Positions 1-9,706 of a DNA stretch of 64,000 nt are shown piece after piece. Every line of letters starts with the position of its first letter. The stretch's first letter is position 1. The stretch is from the NCBI GenBank assembly GCA_965204375.1, contig OZ241986.1, forward strand, positions 960,001 through 1,024,000, written 5' to 3'. The translations under genes were made by a program, and so were the position numbers. The notes below the pieces were generated by a model. That model made no database searches. It had not been told where the DNA came from and saw only the letters and a list, made by a program, of their open reading frames with translations. The stretch comes from Candidatus Latescibacterota bacterium. Its GTDB lineage: Bacteria > Latescibacterota > UBA2968.

Positions 1-354
1 CCCAAAGCGGGTGCCGGATCGGTAGGTGGTGCCGATATCGAAAGGCGCGCCGACGAAGGCCACGTCATAATCGCCGACCTGACGCACATCTTCGAGGTAG
101 GGGAGTTTTAAAAAGGTGTTGATGCCCGACCAGTGGGGGAGCTCGCCCCGTTGAAAGCAGGAAATGTCGGGGTCAGCGATGGAATCTGATCCGGACAGGC
201 CAAATTCCAGACTGCGGGCAATTTCGTTGCGATATTGTGTGTCCGGAAGTTCGGATTCGGCATCCTGTGCAAGCCAGCCGTTGAGGTGGGAGATGTCGGG
301 GAGGTCGCGTTGATGCTCGCGGTAATTGGGGGCATGCGTGTCGTAAAATGGCAT
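1..354 (-). CDS. Ureohydrolase (arginase/agmatinase family), guanidine hydrolase GdmH-like; runs off the window edge
   Basis: Absent from the ORF track. Manual translation from ATG at 354 gives MPFYD...RGELPHWSGINTFLKLPYLEDVRQVGDYDVAFVGAPFDIGTTYRSGTRFG. GxPFDxGTTYRxGTRFG is the ureohydrolase motif; the GELPHxxGINTFLK extension resembles GdmH as I recall it. Confidence 0.8.
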   Translation of the reverse strand, partial: MPFYDTHAPNYREHQRDLPDISHLNGWLAQDAESELPDTQYRNEIARSLEFGLSGSDSIADPDISCFQRGELPHWSGINTFLKLPYLEDVRQVGDYDVAFVGAPFDIGTTYRSGTRFG

Positions 355-424
355 GAAGATTCTCGTGTGGCGTTTAGAGATCGGTCGGTGCCGAATTTTT
401 AAGATATCCGGCACCGACGATGTG

Positions 425-1405
425 TTATTTCAGTTCCATAATCAAGCTGGGATCGAAGTAGGTATCAATGTCCTGCGATTTTTCATAGACCTTGTTATCC
501 ACGTTGAATGTGTTGACCACTTCGCTGGATCCATAAACCGAATCTAACCCCTCGGCTTTGGCAAAGCGTTTTTTGGCCTGCTCTGCGGTGAGCAAGTAGG
601 TGCCTTCCAGGAGTGGGGCATAGTCTTCGGGGGTGAGGCCCACGCGGGCACTGAGGATTTTGAGGACTTCCTCGCGGTTGCTGTCGTCTTTGATGTAATC
701 TACAATGTCATACCAAATTTTGACGACTTTCTGCCAGTCTTCCCTGTTGGCCGCTAGGCTTTCGTTGCTTACGTAAAGCAGGTCATAAATGATGCCGGGC
801 GCATTGGCACTGGTGAAAATGGGCCGGGAGCCGGGCACGGTTTTGAGAGCCTGTCCGGAGTTGGGTTGCCAGGCCACGATGGCGTCGACCTGTTTGGAGG
901 CCAGACCCTGAGGGGTTTCGTGAGTGGGCATGTTGATCAGGGTGACGTCGCTTTCTTTCATGCCATTGGCTTCAAGGCCTTTGAGCAGCAAGAGGTGGCT
1001 GACAAAACCCAGTTCGACACCCACTTTCTTGCCTTTGAGTTGGGTGATTTTGCGAATGCCTGGTCTGCCAACGACCATGTCGTTGCCGTTGGAATAGTCG
1101 TTGATCAAGATGCCTTTGCAGGCTTTGCCTGTGGCACCTGTGACCAGGGCGTCTCCGTTGGTCATGCACACGGCATCTACTTTGCTGGCGGCAAAGGCGT
1201 CCATGGACGGCACATATTCAAACCAGATAAATTCCACATCGATACCGGCTTTTTTGAACCAACCCTTCTGGATGCCAACTTCCCAAGCGACCCAACCCGG
1301 CCAGTCGCTGTAGCCAATTTTGAGTTTGGCGGCCAACGAGGGAGAGGCAAAAAGCAGGGAGAACGCGCACCCGACAATGAGAAATAGGCGTGTGCCTTTT
1401 TTCAT
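425..1405 (-). CDS. ABC transporter substrate-binding protein (NitT/TauT-type; urea/guanidine-associated group)
   Basis: Signal peptide; [16 protein letters not shown] and NDYSNGND motifs; AAGGAG RBS; directly upstream of the ureohydrolase. Confidence 0.85.
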   Translation of the reverse strand: MKKGTRLFLIVGCAFSLLFASPSLAAKLKIGYSDWPGWVAWEVGIQKGWFKKAGIDVEFIWFEYVPSMDAFAASKVDAVCMTNGDALVTGATGKACKGILINDYSNGNDMVVGRPGIRKITQLKGKKVGVELGFVSHLLLLKGLEANGMKESDVTLINMPTHETPQGLASKQVDAIVAWQPNSGQALKTVPGSRPIFTSANAPGIIYDLLYVSNESLAANREDWQKVVKIWYDIVDYIKDDSNREEVLKILSARVGLTPEDYAPLLEGTYLLTAEQAKKRFAKAEGLDSVYGSSEVVNTFNVDNKVYEKSQDIDTYFDPSLIMELK

Positions 1406-1777
1406 GGTAATCTCCTTATAGTTGTACAGCTCATAGCGTATATGACGAACAGATTTAAGTATAAAGCGAATATGTTTCTTGTAGATTTACTCGATGTGAA
1501 CGAAGGATTAAATTTGCTTCATATCTGCGGTCCAGGGGGTTGTGCCCAGTACACATGAGCATGACCTGGTCAATGGCGTTCCAGAGTGTATTGAGATTGG
1601 AGGTTTGGATACAAGGGCGCGTATTACAAAGAGGTGGGATTTGGTTGGGATAGAGAAAAGAAAAGAGGGGATCGGTACGTGTTTTAATCGGTCTGAAGCA
1701 GCCCGGCACAGCCGGTGGCAGGCTGGTAGGATGGGAGCGATAGGGGAGGGAATGGAGATGTGTGATGTGTATTCGGT

Positions 1778-3205
1778 TCACCAGTTCTGATCTATAATCA
1801 GAAATCCTTTTGCTTTACACAGTTCACTGTCTTTCCACCCGTAAAAGAGGAGCATGCCATCTCTTACATTTCCTTTTGGATCTTTAATCGGTTGGATATT
1901 GTTAAATTTCCAACCGGCATACTCCGGGGCATGTGGCGTCAAATCTCTCACCCTTTTCCAGGTAAATCCGCTATCGGTGGAGATCCACTCTTCAATATCT
2001 CCTCCACCTCTGGAGTCCATGTTGCCACGCGTTTCTTTTACAAATTTGTGATCACCTACTATCAGATAAGCATGTAGCGTGCCACTTTCATCCAGCCTGA
2101 GATAGCAACTGTTCCAATCATCAGTGGCAGGGGTGATAACCGTCTGTATCCATTCGTGATTGATATACCTCACATAATAGTAATTGCATCTGTCGGGCAC
2201 ATCTTCCGATAGCACATGCAAAAAGGCCGGATTATCATTTTCATCTATGACAATATCAGGTGGAACGCCTGCGCCTCTCCAATCGGTATCCCAGATTTTG
2301 CATTTGTCATTTGCAGTGCCAATATCAATGGGCGTTCTGACTGTCTCGCCATCAAAATTCGCGACCTCATGCGTTTGAAGGTTGATTTTTACATAATAGA
2401 GGTTGTATTTGAGGCCGAGATTCTTTTTGGTTCCATAACGAGGATTGTAAAACTTTTCTGGGATATCCTTTTTGTTGTCATCATAAGAACAAAATACGGC
2501 GTGCAAAAACTTTCCATCTTTACTCGGAAAGCAAGTGTGATAAGAAGACCACTCATTCAAGTCCATCGGATCATCTACTGTTGCCGTTTCTTCTCCCATG
2601 TTTAAATCTGTGACATCATTTTCAGGCCCCGACCAGGTCTTACCTTCATCGTCTGAAATTAAATATGACCACGAACTTCTGTGCTCTCCTGTTCGGAAAT
2701 AAACCACTTGCCTATTATTGTCTATGTGATAAACCGTAGGGTAAGAAAGCGAGTTTCTTATTTCAGGGGCTGGAGACCAGTCTTCTACACTGTTTCCAAT
2801 ATCCGCTACCTTTTTGGATATTAAATGTGTTCCTGGCGTTTTGTGACAACCCGACAAAATATGTAAAAAGTCATCATTGTCAGCCCAGATTACGGGGCAA
2901 TAATGCTGGTCGTTTGAGCCTTTGGTTCCCAACTGTAGGGGAGACGAAAAGGACTTTGTCTCGGGGTTAAAAGAGATAACAAAAGGATATGTCTTTTCCC
3001 TGGTCTCAGCATCCATTGGTGCCCCGCCATTATAAACGATATATACTCGATTGTTGATAAAGATGGCTTGAGGGCGCTGCCTTCTGTCATAGATCATTTT
3101 TAATTGTCCCCCACTTCCAAAGGGAACAACAGAAAAATCCGTTTGTTTCTCAGTATCCACAGCCTGACCTCCAAATGCAATCGGTGAAATAAGAAGGACT
3201 CTCAA
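1778..3205 (-). CDS. BNR-4 repeat-containing protein
   Basis: 475 aa; DQHYCP, SYPT, Asp-boxes SDDEGKTW and STDSGFTW; TTG start, N-terminus possibly truncated. Confidence 0.75.
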   Translation of the reverse strand: MRVLLISPIAFGGQAVDTEKQTDFSVVPFGSGGQLKMIYDRRQRPQAIFINNRVYIVYNGGAPMDAETREKTYPFVISFNPETKSFSSPLQLGTKGSNDQHYCPVIWADNDDFLHILSGCHKTPGTHLISKKVADIGNSVEDWSPAPEIRNSLSYPTVYHIDNNRQVVYFRTGEHRSSWSYLISDDEGKTWSGPENDVTDLNMGEETATVDDPMDLNEWSSYHTCFPSKDGKFLHAVFCSYDDNKKDIPEKFYNPRYGTKKNLGLKYNLYYVKINLQTHEVANFDGETVRTPIDIGTANDKCKIWDTDWRGAGVPPDIVIDENDNPAFLHVLSEDVPDRCNYYYVRYINHEWIQTVITPATDDWNSCYLRLDESGTLHAYLIVGDHKFVKETRGNMDSRGGGDIEEWISTDSGFTWKRVRDLTPHAPEYAGWKFNNIQPIKDPKGNVRDGMLLFYGWKDSELCKAKGFLIIDQNW

Positions 3206-3228
3206 TTTCCAGAAGTGCTACCATCTCA

Positions 3229-5151
3229 CTATTCTGCCTGTTTTGTAAAATCCAGGACCTTCTTGCGCGTTCCCTTGCTAATGGTGACGACCCCGCTATT
3301 CCACTCCGCATTGAGAAAGGGGCTTTCAAAGACTTTCTTTGGAGCGTAGTCAACAGGCTTGCCATTGATTGAGGGTACCGATTTGGTGCTGGTATCAAAG
3401 GTCAACTGATCGCCATAGATGGTTTTGTAGCGCAGCACCGTCCCATCCAGATGAACTTCACAGGCTTTCACCTTTTTTTTGAAGGCGTCGAAACTCGTGA
3501 CATCGCCCTTGGCCATGACTTCAATGATCACCGGTGCGTATTCATCATTGGGGATCATGGTCGCGTTTTCGGGAACAAAGCGATCCGTTTCAAACTCGCC
3601 ATCCATCCACTTGAAACCGCCTGTGGCCACGCGGATCGCCGCATAAGCGCCTTTGGCTTCCACATAGACCACGCCATCCTCTTCCACTGGCGCGCTCAAC
3701 CCGCTCTTCGACATCCAGATGATCATCTCGGCACCGTCCTTATGGTGCTTGAGCTTCTGGGTAATCAAGCTGCCTTTGCTCTGCACAGACCACTGTGCGT
3801 TCATGGCCACCCGGTTGTCTTTGGGGCGAACGATGGGAACAATACGCGCATCGTGTTCGCCGGCAAAGATCACGCCTTGCCAGCGGTTTTGCGCACTGAT
3901 CGCAGCCCAATCCTCTATGGGCCTCGCTTCCGTCATCGGCGTTCCCATGATGAAGGCGGGATCGCAGTAGCTGTAGCGCAGAATACCACCCCCATCGGTT
4001 CGCATCCTGGTCGGCATTTGCGTATCAGCAGTCTTCAAAGGCCGACCCGTTTTTCCCAGCCCCTGGGGGCGCTGCCGCACCTCGTAGCGTCCTCGTCCCG
4101 CCACGTCGATTGCGATATCGGCCACTACGGCTGGTGGTCGGTAGTCGCTGAGAGCCGCGTTCATGTCATGACCATAAACAGCAGGCTGCTTGCCGATGCC
4201 AAAATAGAACCAGGCCAGCGGCGCATTGCCATGCTCCCGGTTTTGCTTAAGCCCTTTCCAGAAATAGATGCGCGACCGTCCACCACCTTGAACGCCGTCA
4301 ATCTGTTCCTGCGCCCAATAGGCAAAATAAAGATCGAGCAACATCCCGGCCGACCGTCTCACTTGCGGGTCACCAAAGTCGTAGAAATTGTAGAATCCCT
4401 TGATCAGTGTGCTATTATAGCCGTCACTCATCATCTCGATGCACAGGCTTTTGCGCGCACGTTCACGGCAGTAAACCACAAAATACGCATTCCAGGCCCG
4501 ATAATGTTCCGCCGCTGTAGCGCCGTCATCATACTTGAGGTCCTTGTATTCGGGCCGATCTTTCGCGATCCTGGCAAACTGCCAGCAGACCGTAAAACTC
4601 ATGGCATGATGATTCTCTGACAGGTAGATGTGCCAGGTCTTAGATTTCTCGTATTCCGCCTTATCAAGCCGGGAAACCTTCCTGACGTACTCCCAGATCG
4701 GCTTGAGAGCGAGGGCTTCGGTCTTTTTGGTGATGCGATTACTACCGTTGGTGCCGTACATCTCAATCAGCCGCATGACGATCTCCGCATGCCAGTGAAA
4801 ACTGTCACGGTCATTGATGTCCAGGGGGTTGTCGAGATAGTGCTGGGCATTTTCGGCAAGTGCGGCATTGGCTTCTTCCAGCATCTCGTTCAGGTAGAGG
4901 CAACGTGCGGCAAACCCCACCATGGAATAGGAATAGGCCCGCACATAATTTCCCCGCCCGGGATCGAGTGGCTTCCGTTTCTTTGCCCGCACCAACGGCT
5001 TGCCGGATTCAGCGCAAAACATCGCATCCACTCGTTGTTCAAAGCCAGCTACGACCGCTTCGGGAGTTAAATTTTTCTCCACTGATTCAGCTCCTTGTGT
5101 CTGCCCAGTTATAAGTATAACGATCAGCATTATGCGGTTGATGATTCGCAT
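3229..5151 (-). CDS. Secreted hypothetical protein, possibly polysaccharide-lyase/heparinase-like; paralog of 5514-7613
   Basis: Likely start MRIINRIM with signal peptide. Shares SENH, WAQxQIxGxxGG, RWQG and KVFxSP motifs with the 5514-7613 protein. Fold is a guess. Confidence 0.65.
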   Translation of the reverse strand: MRIINRIMLIVILITGQTQGAESVEKNLTPEAVVAGFEQRVDAMFCAESGKPLVRAKKRKPLDPGRGNYVRAYSYSMVGFAARCLYLNEMLEEANAALAENAQHYLDNPLDINDRDSFHWHAEIVMRLIEMYGTNGSNRITKKTEALALKPIWEYVRKVSRLDKAEYEKSKTWHIYLSENHHAMSFTVCWQFARIAKDRPEYKDLKYDDGATAAEHYRAWNAYFVVYCRERARKSLCIEMMSDGYNSTLIKGFYNFYDFGDPQVRRSAGMLLDLYFAYWAQEQIDGVQGGGRSRIYFWKGLKQNREHGNAPLAWFYFGIGKQPAVYGHDMNAALSDYRPPAVVADIAIDVAGRGRYEVRQRPQGLGKTGRPLKTADTQMPTRMRTDGGGILRYSYCDPAFIMGTPMTEARPIEDWAAISAQNRWQGVIFAGEHDARIVPIVRPKDNRVAMNAQWSVQSKGSLITQKLKHHKDGAEMIIWMSKSGLSAPVEEDGVVYVEAKGAYAAIRVATGGFKWMDGEFETDRFVPENATMIPNDEYAPVIIEVMAKGDVTSFDAFKKKVKACEVHLDGTVLRYKTIYGDQLTFDTSTKSVPSINGKPVDYAPKKVFESPFLNAEWNSGVVTISKGTRKKVLDFTKQAE

Positions 5152-5164
5152 TATAAACACTCTG

Positions 5165-5479
5165 CTAATCCTGGTGAAAAACTTCCTGCAGCGGTATGCA
5201 GACCGGCGAGTTGTCGGGGTTGGTATCCATGATATCGGCCATGTAGGCCCACCACTTCTTGACGATTGCGGTCTCCGACAACTCATCTGCAGTATTGTCG
5301 TCGGCCAGCTTCTGTACGGCAAAGAGTGTCAGCGTCTCCTCATCGAGAAAAATTGAATAGTCCGAGACGCCAGCTTTGCCCAATTCTTCAGCCAGTTCCG
5401 GCCAAATTTCGTCGTGGCGCTTTTTGTACTCGGCTTTGTAACCGGGCTTCAGTTGCATCTTGAAAGCATTGCGTTGCAT
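5165..5479 (-). CDS. rhaM: L-rhamnose mutarotase
   Basis: 104 aa, MQRNAFKMQLKPG..EYKKRHDEIWPEL..DYSIFLD..KWWAYMADIM..EVFH; AGGAG RBS. Confidence 0.92.
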   Translation of the reverse strand: MQRNAFKMQLKPGYKAEYKKRHDEIWPELAEELGKAGVSDYSIFLDEETLTLFAVQKLADDNTADELSETAIVKKWWAYMADIMDTNPDNSPVCIPLQEVFHQD

Positions 5480-5513
5480 GATATTTTGCTCCTGACTTCG
5501 AGGATGAAGGGTT

Positions 5514-7613
5514 TTAGCATTCGTCCCTGGAATTGTTGTTAAAGTCGAGGTTGAGTTTGTAATCATCTTTGAAAATTTCAATCTGGCCGCTATCATACTT
5601 GGATTGGATATAAGGGCTGTCGAAAACTTTTGGGTGCTCATAATCGACATATTCGCCACCAATTGTAGGCACATCGCTTGTATTGGCCGCATTAAATACC
5701 ATTTCTTCCATGTCCGGTGCCGCACTCTTGTAAACCGCAACAATGCCTGTTTCTCTTGTGACGACGGTCCTGTGGAGTGTGAGATCGCCCTGAAAAATCA
5801 TACGCTTATAACTTTCCAACGTTGGGTGGTCTGCCTTGCGACCGGCTTCTATCAGAATGGGACTGTATCTGTTGGTCAGTTGCAAAATCGTCCGGTCGTT
5901 ATTGAATCTATAACTGTCTTTTCTAAGAACCACTTTGCCCCGGTAGCTGTCGGTCCCTTTTGCCCAGGCTTTAGCGTCGGCCTCTGCTTCCAAAAGAATA
6001 ACCCGTATTGCCACATAAACATTTTCCTTCTCTGCAAATATCCATCCATCTGTTTCATCAATACGATCCCATCCGTTGCCCAGGAATAACCCGAATTCCC
6101 GATCATACCGATTGTCATTGGCTGGATACCAGTCTGGATTGGATTGTGCCCAACGTCTTCTTTGTTGGGTGATCAGCACTTGCTTGTGCTGGACGCTGTG
6201 ATACACCAATTCCATGTCGTAGGCATTGTTACCATCGCTTTCTGCTTCGGGTGTATCCAGTGCAATGGTTGCCAGACGGGTGTTGGGATCTTTGGTCACC
6301 AGGCCTTGCCAGCGTCCGGCGGTTGATAGGTGGTTGTAAAGCGCATAAGGGTGATCCATCTGAGTACCCAGTATATAATCTGGCGTTACCCAGGTGTATT
6401 TGACAAACCGCGATGGTGTATCTCCCATCACGGAGCGCTCCGTGCCCAATGGACGAGGGCTGGTAGGCTCTTCTTCTCCAATGCCCCGAGAGAGATATGC
6501 AAATGACCCGAGCCGTTTTCGATCCAGAGCCAATTCCCATACGATTCTTGGCCAGGCGTAGTCGCTTAAGAGTTGCTGCGGATAGTTGAACGAGGTTTTG
6601 CCCTCACCACCCAGATAGAAAACGGCGAGGTCTGACATAGAATCGTACCCACCAGCAGTCTTGTGGTGGCGCGTTTTGGGACCACCTCGTAAACCTGCAA
6701 TTTGTAGCTGTGCCCAATCGGCCCACATCAGATCTAAAAACATGCCAATTTTCTTTTTTAGCCTCTTATCACCACAGAAATTGTAGAGCATAAGAATATA
6801 ACTGATGGTGTACTTCATATAGGTCGGCGAACCATTTTCAAGAAAGAATCCCCGCTTTGCACGCTCGGTGAAATAGTCATTGAGATAGGGCAACCAGGCA
6901 CCGTAATGATCGGCTGCGTTGTAAGATTTTCCATCCGCCCAATTTGCGCGCCCACCACCGTGTCGATCACTGTTGCCCTGCCCACAATAGCCCGACTCGC
7001 CGTATCCGATGCCATCTCCATAACCGAGGTCGGGATAAATGCGGTCAACATACTCGGGTTCATTGGCAAAAATACGCGCACTTAAAAGATTACAGGCTTT
7101 TGTATTCAGATCGTGATTTTCACTACCCGCGATCCACCAGGTGCTCTTTTTTGCGACGGAAATATCATTTTTGTACCTGGTTCGCGCCCATAATAAAGCC
7201 AGCAAAGTTTGCTCTGTTTCAGGCGTGAGTCGATTTGGCATCTGTGTACTTTTAGACCCAAACCAATTGTAGAATGTAATCAGCCTTGGATTGCGCCACA
7301 GGCTGTAGAGACTCTGCACGGGTTGTATGCCTTTCGCCTCACATTCTGCGAGATTTGCCAGTTCGGTTTGAAAATCTATCGTCAATTCTCTGTTGACTTC
7401 GTTTAGATTTTGGTTGAGCCACATCTGATCAAATAGCTGGCGGTCTTTGCCTGAAAAATCTGTTTTTGCACCTGCTTCAAAGGCTTGTTGAATGCGTTGT
7501 GGGCGCGTTTCCAATTCTTCTGCCATTAATTCGGTGATACGCTTTTCGACGGGTGAATCACCAAATTCCAGAAGGGATCGAAACCAACTGTTTTTAGCAT
7601 CTGCTTCGGGCAT
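5514..7613 (-). CDS. Hypothetical protein; paralog of 3229-5151
   Basis: About 700 aa; shared SENH, WAQLQIAGLRGG, GRWQG and KVFDSP motifs. Confidence 0.65.
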   Translation of the reverse strand: MPEADAKNSWFRSLLEFGDSPVEKRITELMAEELETRPQRIQQAFEAGAKTDFSGKDRQLFDQMWLNQNLNEVNRELTIDFQTELANLAECEAKGIQPVQSLYSLWRNPRLITFYNWFGSKSTQMPNRLTPETEQTLLALLWARTRYKNDISVAKKSTWWIAGSENHDLNTKACNLLSARIFANEPEYVDRIYPDLGYGDGIGYGESGYCGQGNSDRHGGGRANWADGKSYNAADHYGAWLPYLNDYFTERAKRGFFLENGSPTYMKYTISYILMLYNFCGDKRLKKKIGMFLDLMWADWAQLQIAGLRGGPKTRHHKTAGGYDSMSDLAVFYLGGEGKTSFNYPQQLLSDYAWPRIVWELALDRKRLGSFAYLSRGIGEEEPTSPRPLGTERSVMGDTPSRFVKYTWVTPDYILGTQMDHPYALYNHLSTAGRWQGLVTKDPNTRLATIALDTPEAESDGNNAYDMELVYHSVQHKQVLITQQRRRWAQSNPDWYPANDNRYDREFGLFLGNGWDRIDETDGWIFAEKENVYVAIRVILLEAEADAKAWAKGTDSYRGKVVLRKDSYRFNNDRTILQLTNRYSPILIEAGRKADHPTLESYKRMIFQGDLTLHRTVVTRETGIVAVYKSAAPDMEEMVFNAANTSDVPTIGGEYVDYEHPKVFDSPYIQSKYDSGQIEIFKDDYKLNLDFNNNSRDEC

Positions 7614-7614
7614 A

Positions 7615-9579
7615 CTATCTCTCTTCCTCCATTTCCAGTTGTAAATAATCGTACATAACGCCAAAATGAGGATAGTTCTGTCGTTGTCCGCGGTGTTGTT
7701 TCTGCGGGAGGAGGTCGAGCGTCAACACATTCTCTCCTGTACGCAACAGCGACGCATCAAATGTAATAAAGTGTTCACTGAAGCGCCCGTAGATGCCACT
7801 GCGGGGAAGCGCACTGTCATTCTCCAAACCGGTAATCTTATCCAGAGATTTGCCATTGAGGCCGATAGCGATTCCCCCATCGCGATTCACCGACGCCAGA
7901 GCGATTGTGAGGGTCGCACGCCCGGACATTGGCCTATCATCGCATTGAAATCGGACCTTCCAGGTAGGCAGTCGCCAGTTGCCCTCGCCAGTCCGATCAG
8001 CAGGCTGTATGCGGGGTTGCCATCCACCTTTCTCTTCCCAAATTGCCATATGTGCATAATTCCAGTCGCTTCGCGCTTTACTCTTGCCGATCGCGAAATC
8101 GACGTCCCCGGGAAAATCCTTCTGGTAATTGAACCATAGACCCCAGTGACGATGGTCATCTCCGCGTCGAAATTCAGCAGCGGTTCGGTCTGGTTTCCCG
8201 ACACGCCAGAGCAACTTGCCGAAGGAACGGGGTGACCACTGCAGACTGCCGAGTTTGACTTCGCCAGTTGTGTTGATCGTGACGTTATCTTTTCTAAATT
8301 CACCAATCATGTCAGGTGCAAACGCATAAAGCGTATATCTCCCTTTTCGAACAGCCGGTATTGCAAAGGAACCATCATTCGCCATTCTGGCACGGTAGAT
8401 GTAGTTCTCTGCGCCTTGCTGCTGCCAGTCCAGCCCTCGATATTCCCGGGGCCGCGCCAGAACGACCCATCCATTGCTGTGGTGTGTCAGACCCGTGTCT
8501 TTGAATCTTCCCGTAACCACAGTCCTGTTGATCGGGTACTCCGGATGTTCCAGCCAGCTATAGGGCCAGCGCTTTCGATGTTTTTCACCCTCGCGCTTTG
8601 CATCATCCCACAAATGCTGGGTATCTTCACCTTTGTTCATATAAACAAAAACCGGCCCGAAGATTTTCTCCCATTTACCGCTGACGTAATCCCCTCTGCT
8701 GCCGTAGTGGTGAGAATAAAGCAGCTTCAGGATGATCGGCCCCCGATCAGTCGCGTGGCTGGTATTGTGTTGCTTTGTCGGACCGCCGCAGAGGTATTCA
8801 TTGCTCGGCGTGACCATCCACACGCCCTGCTTTCCATTGTGCAAACCGTGTACAAGAGCCTCCTCAGTTGGAGATGACCAGTTATACTTTGTATCCATCT
8901 TTCCCGATTGAAGCGCATGTGTGGCATCCATCACCATGCCCTTTGCGCTGGATATTGCCTTGCTATCTGGAATTACACCAGAGAGTTTGTCATTGACCCT
9001 GATATTCACCATCGAATCATTTAAGCGCATCCCAAAACGGAGTTGTGTCAGCACTGCGTCGCCCGTATCCTCGGGTTTGCTGGCCACGACATAGTAATAG
9101 AATCCCGAATCACCCGCTCTCAAGACATAATGGCGTTCCATCTTGAACGGGAAACCTTTGGGTTGTTTGGGGGTGAATGAAATATCGACCATTTCCGTGT
9201 TATTGATGTGGACGTTAAACTCGGGGTTTTGGTCGCGCAAAAATTTTGCCCTTGCCCTCGACTCTTTACCCGCCATATAGTTTGTATCCGAATCATCGAC
9301 ATAACTGGCCAGGATGGTGAAATATCCAAACTGCCTGGGAGATAGGAGAGCGTCTCCCTGATGCGCCAGCGAGATAATCCGTCCAGACGACTTTTGGATT
9401 GTCATCGAAACGGAACTGTTCTCAAGGATGATTCTATTGCCAGATTCAACAAGCATCGAAACCTCGGCGAAAACAGGCGTGCTGATCATGCACTGGATGG
9501 ATAAAAGCAGACTACACGCCGTGAGTCTGCCAAACCCAATTTTTTTGAACATTTTGTGTCTTGCTATGAGGCGCTGCAT
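7615..9579 (-). CDS. Rhamnogalacturonan lyase (PL4)
   Basis: HYVLRAGDSGFY, TKYNWS, EYLCGGPTKQ, WEKIFGP, GKPDRTAAEF, DWNYAH, MYDYLQLE; signal peptide. Confidence 0.88.
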   Translation of the reverse strand: MQRLIARHKMFKKIGFGRLTACSLLLSIQCMISTPVFAEVSMLVESGNRIILENSSVSMTIQKSSGRIISLAHQGDALLSPRQFGYFTILASYVDDSDTNYMAGKESRARAKFLRDQNPEFNVHINNTEMVDISFTPKQPKGFPFKMERHYVLRAGDSGFYYYVVASKPEDTGDAVLTQLRFGMRLNDSMVNIRVNDKLSGVIPDSKAISSAKGMVMDATHALQSGKMDTKYNWSSPTEEALVHGLHNGKQGVWMVTPSNEYLCGGPTKQHNTSHATDRGPIILKLLYSHHYGSRGDYVSGKWEKIFGPVFVYMNKGEDTQHLWDDAKREGEKHRKRWPYSWLEHPEYPINRTVVTGRFKDTGLTHHSNGWVVLARPREYRGLDWQQQGAENYIYRARMANDGSFAIPAVRKGRYTLYAFAPDMIGEFRKDNVTINTTGEVKLGSLQWSPRSFGKLLWRVGKPDRTAAEFRRGDDHRHWGLWFNYQKDFPGDVDFAIGKSKARSDWNYAHMAIWEEKGGWQPRIQPADRTGEGNWRLPTWKVRFQCDDRPMSGRATLTIALASVNRDGGIAIGLNGKSLDKITGLENDSALPRSGIYGRFSEHFITFDASLLRTGENVLTLDLLPQKQHRGQRQNYPHFGVMYDYLQLEMEEER

Positions 9580-9594
9580 AACGAAATGTCTTGA

Positions 9595-9623
9595 TTGAGA
9601 TTCATTTTTGTATGTACTATTAT
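9595..9623 (+). promoter_or_regulatory. Putative sigma70 promoter for the sulfatase
   Basis: TTGAGA-17 bp-TATTAT in a divergent intergenic region. Confidence 0.5.
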
Positions 9624-9706
9624 ACCAGTAGTTCTACACTCACGTTGTCTTGCGCTACACCGATCAGGTAGCGCGGACTGAACTCAAAACAATGGGAAGA
9701 ATATAT

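Noticed and set aside
1406-1780. Guanidine riboswitch upstream of the ABC gene
   Set aside because: Only a vague resemblance near 1525-1550; no convincing class I, II or III consensus seen by eye.
1455-1781. 108-aa ORF as a real gene
   Set aside because: Low-complexity first half and no recognisable family; more likely remnant DNA.
3451-4620. 389-aa plus-strand ORF
   Set aside because: Antisense shadow of the 3229-5151 gene with no motifs.
5152-5743. Long N-terminal extensions on ORFs 3229-5322 and 5165-5743
   Set aside because: They overlap neighbouring genes; RBS or signal-peptide evidence favours starts at 5151 and 5479.
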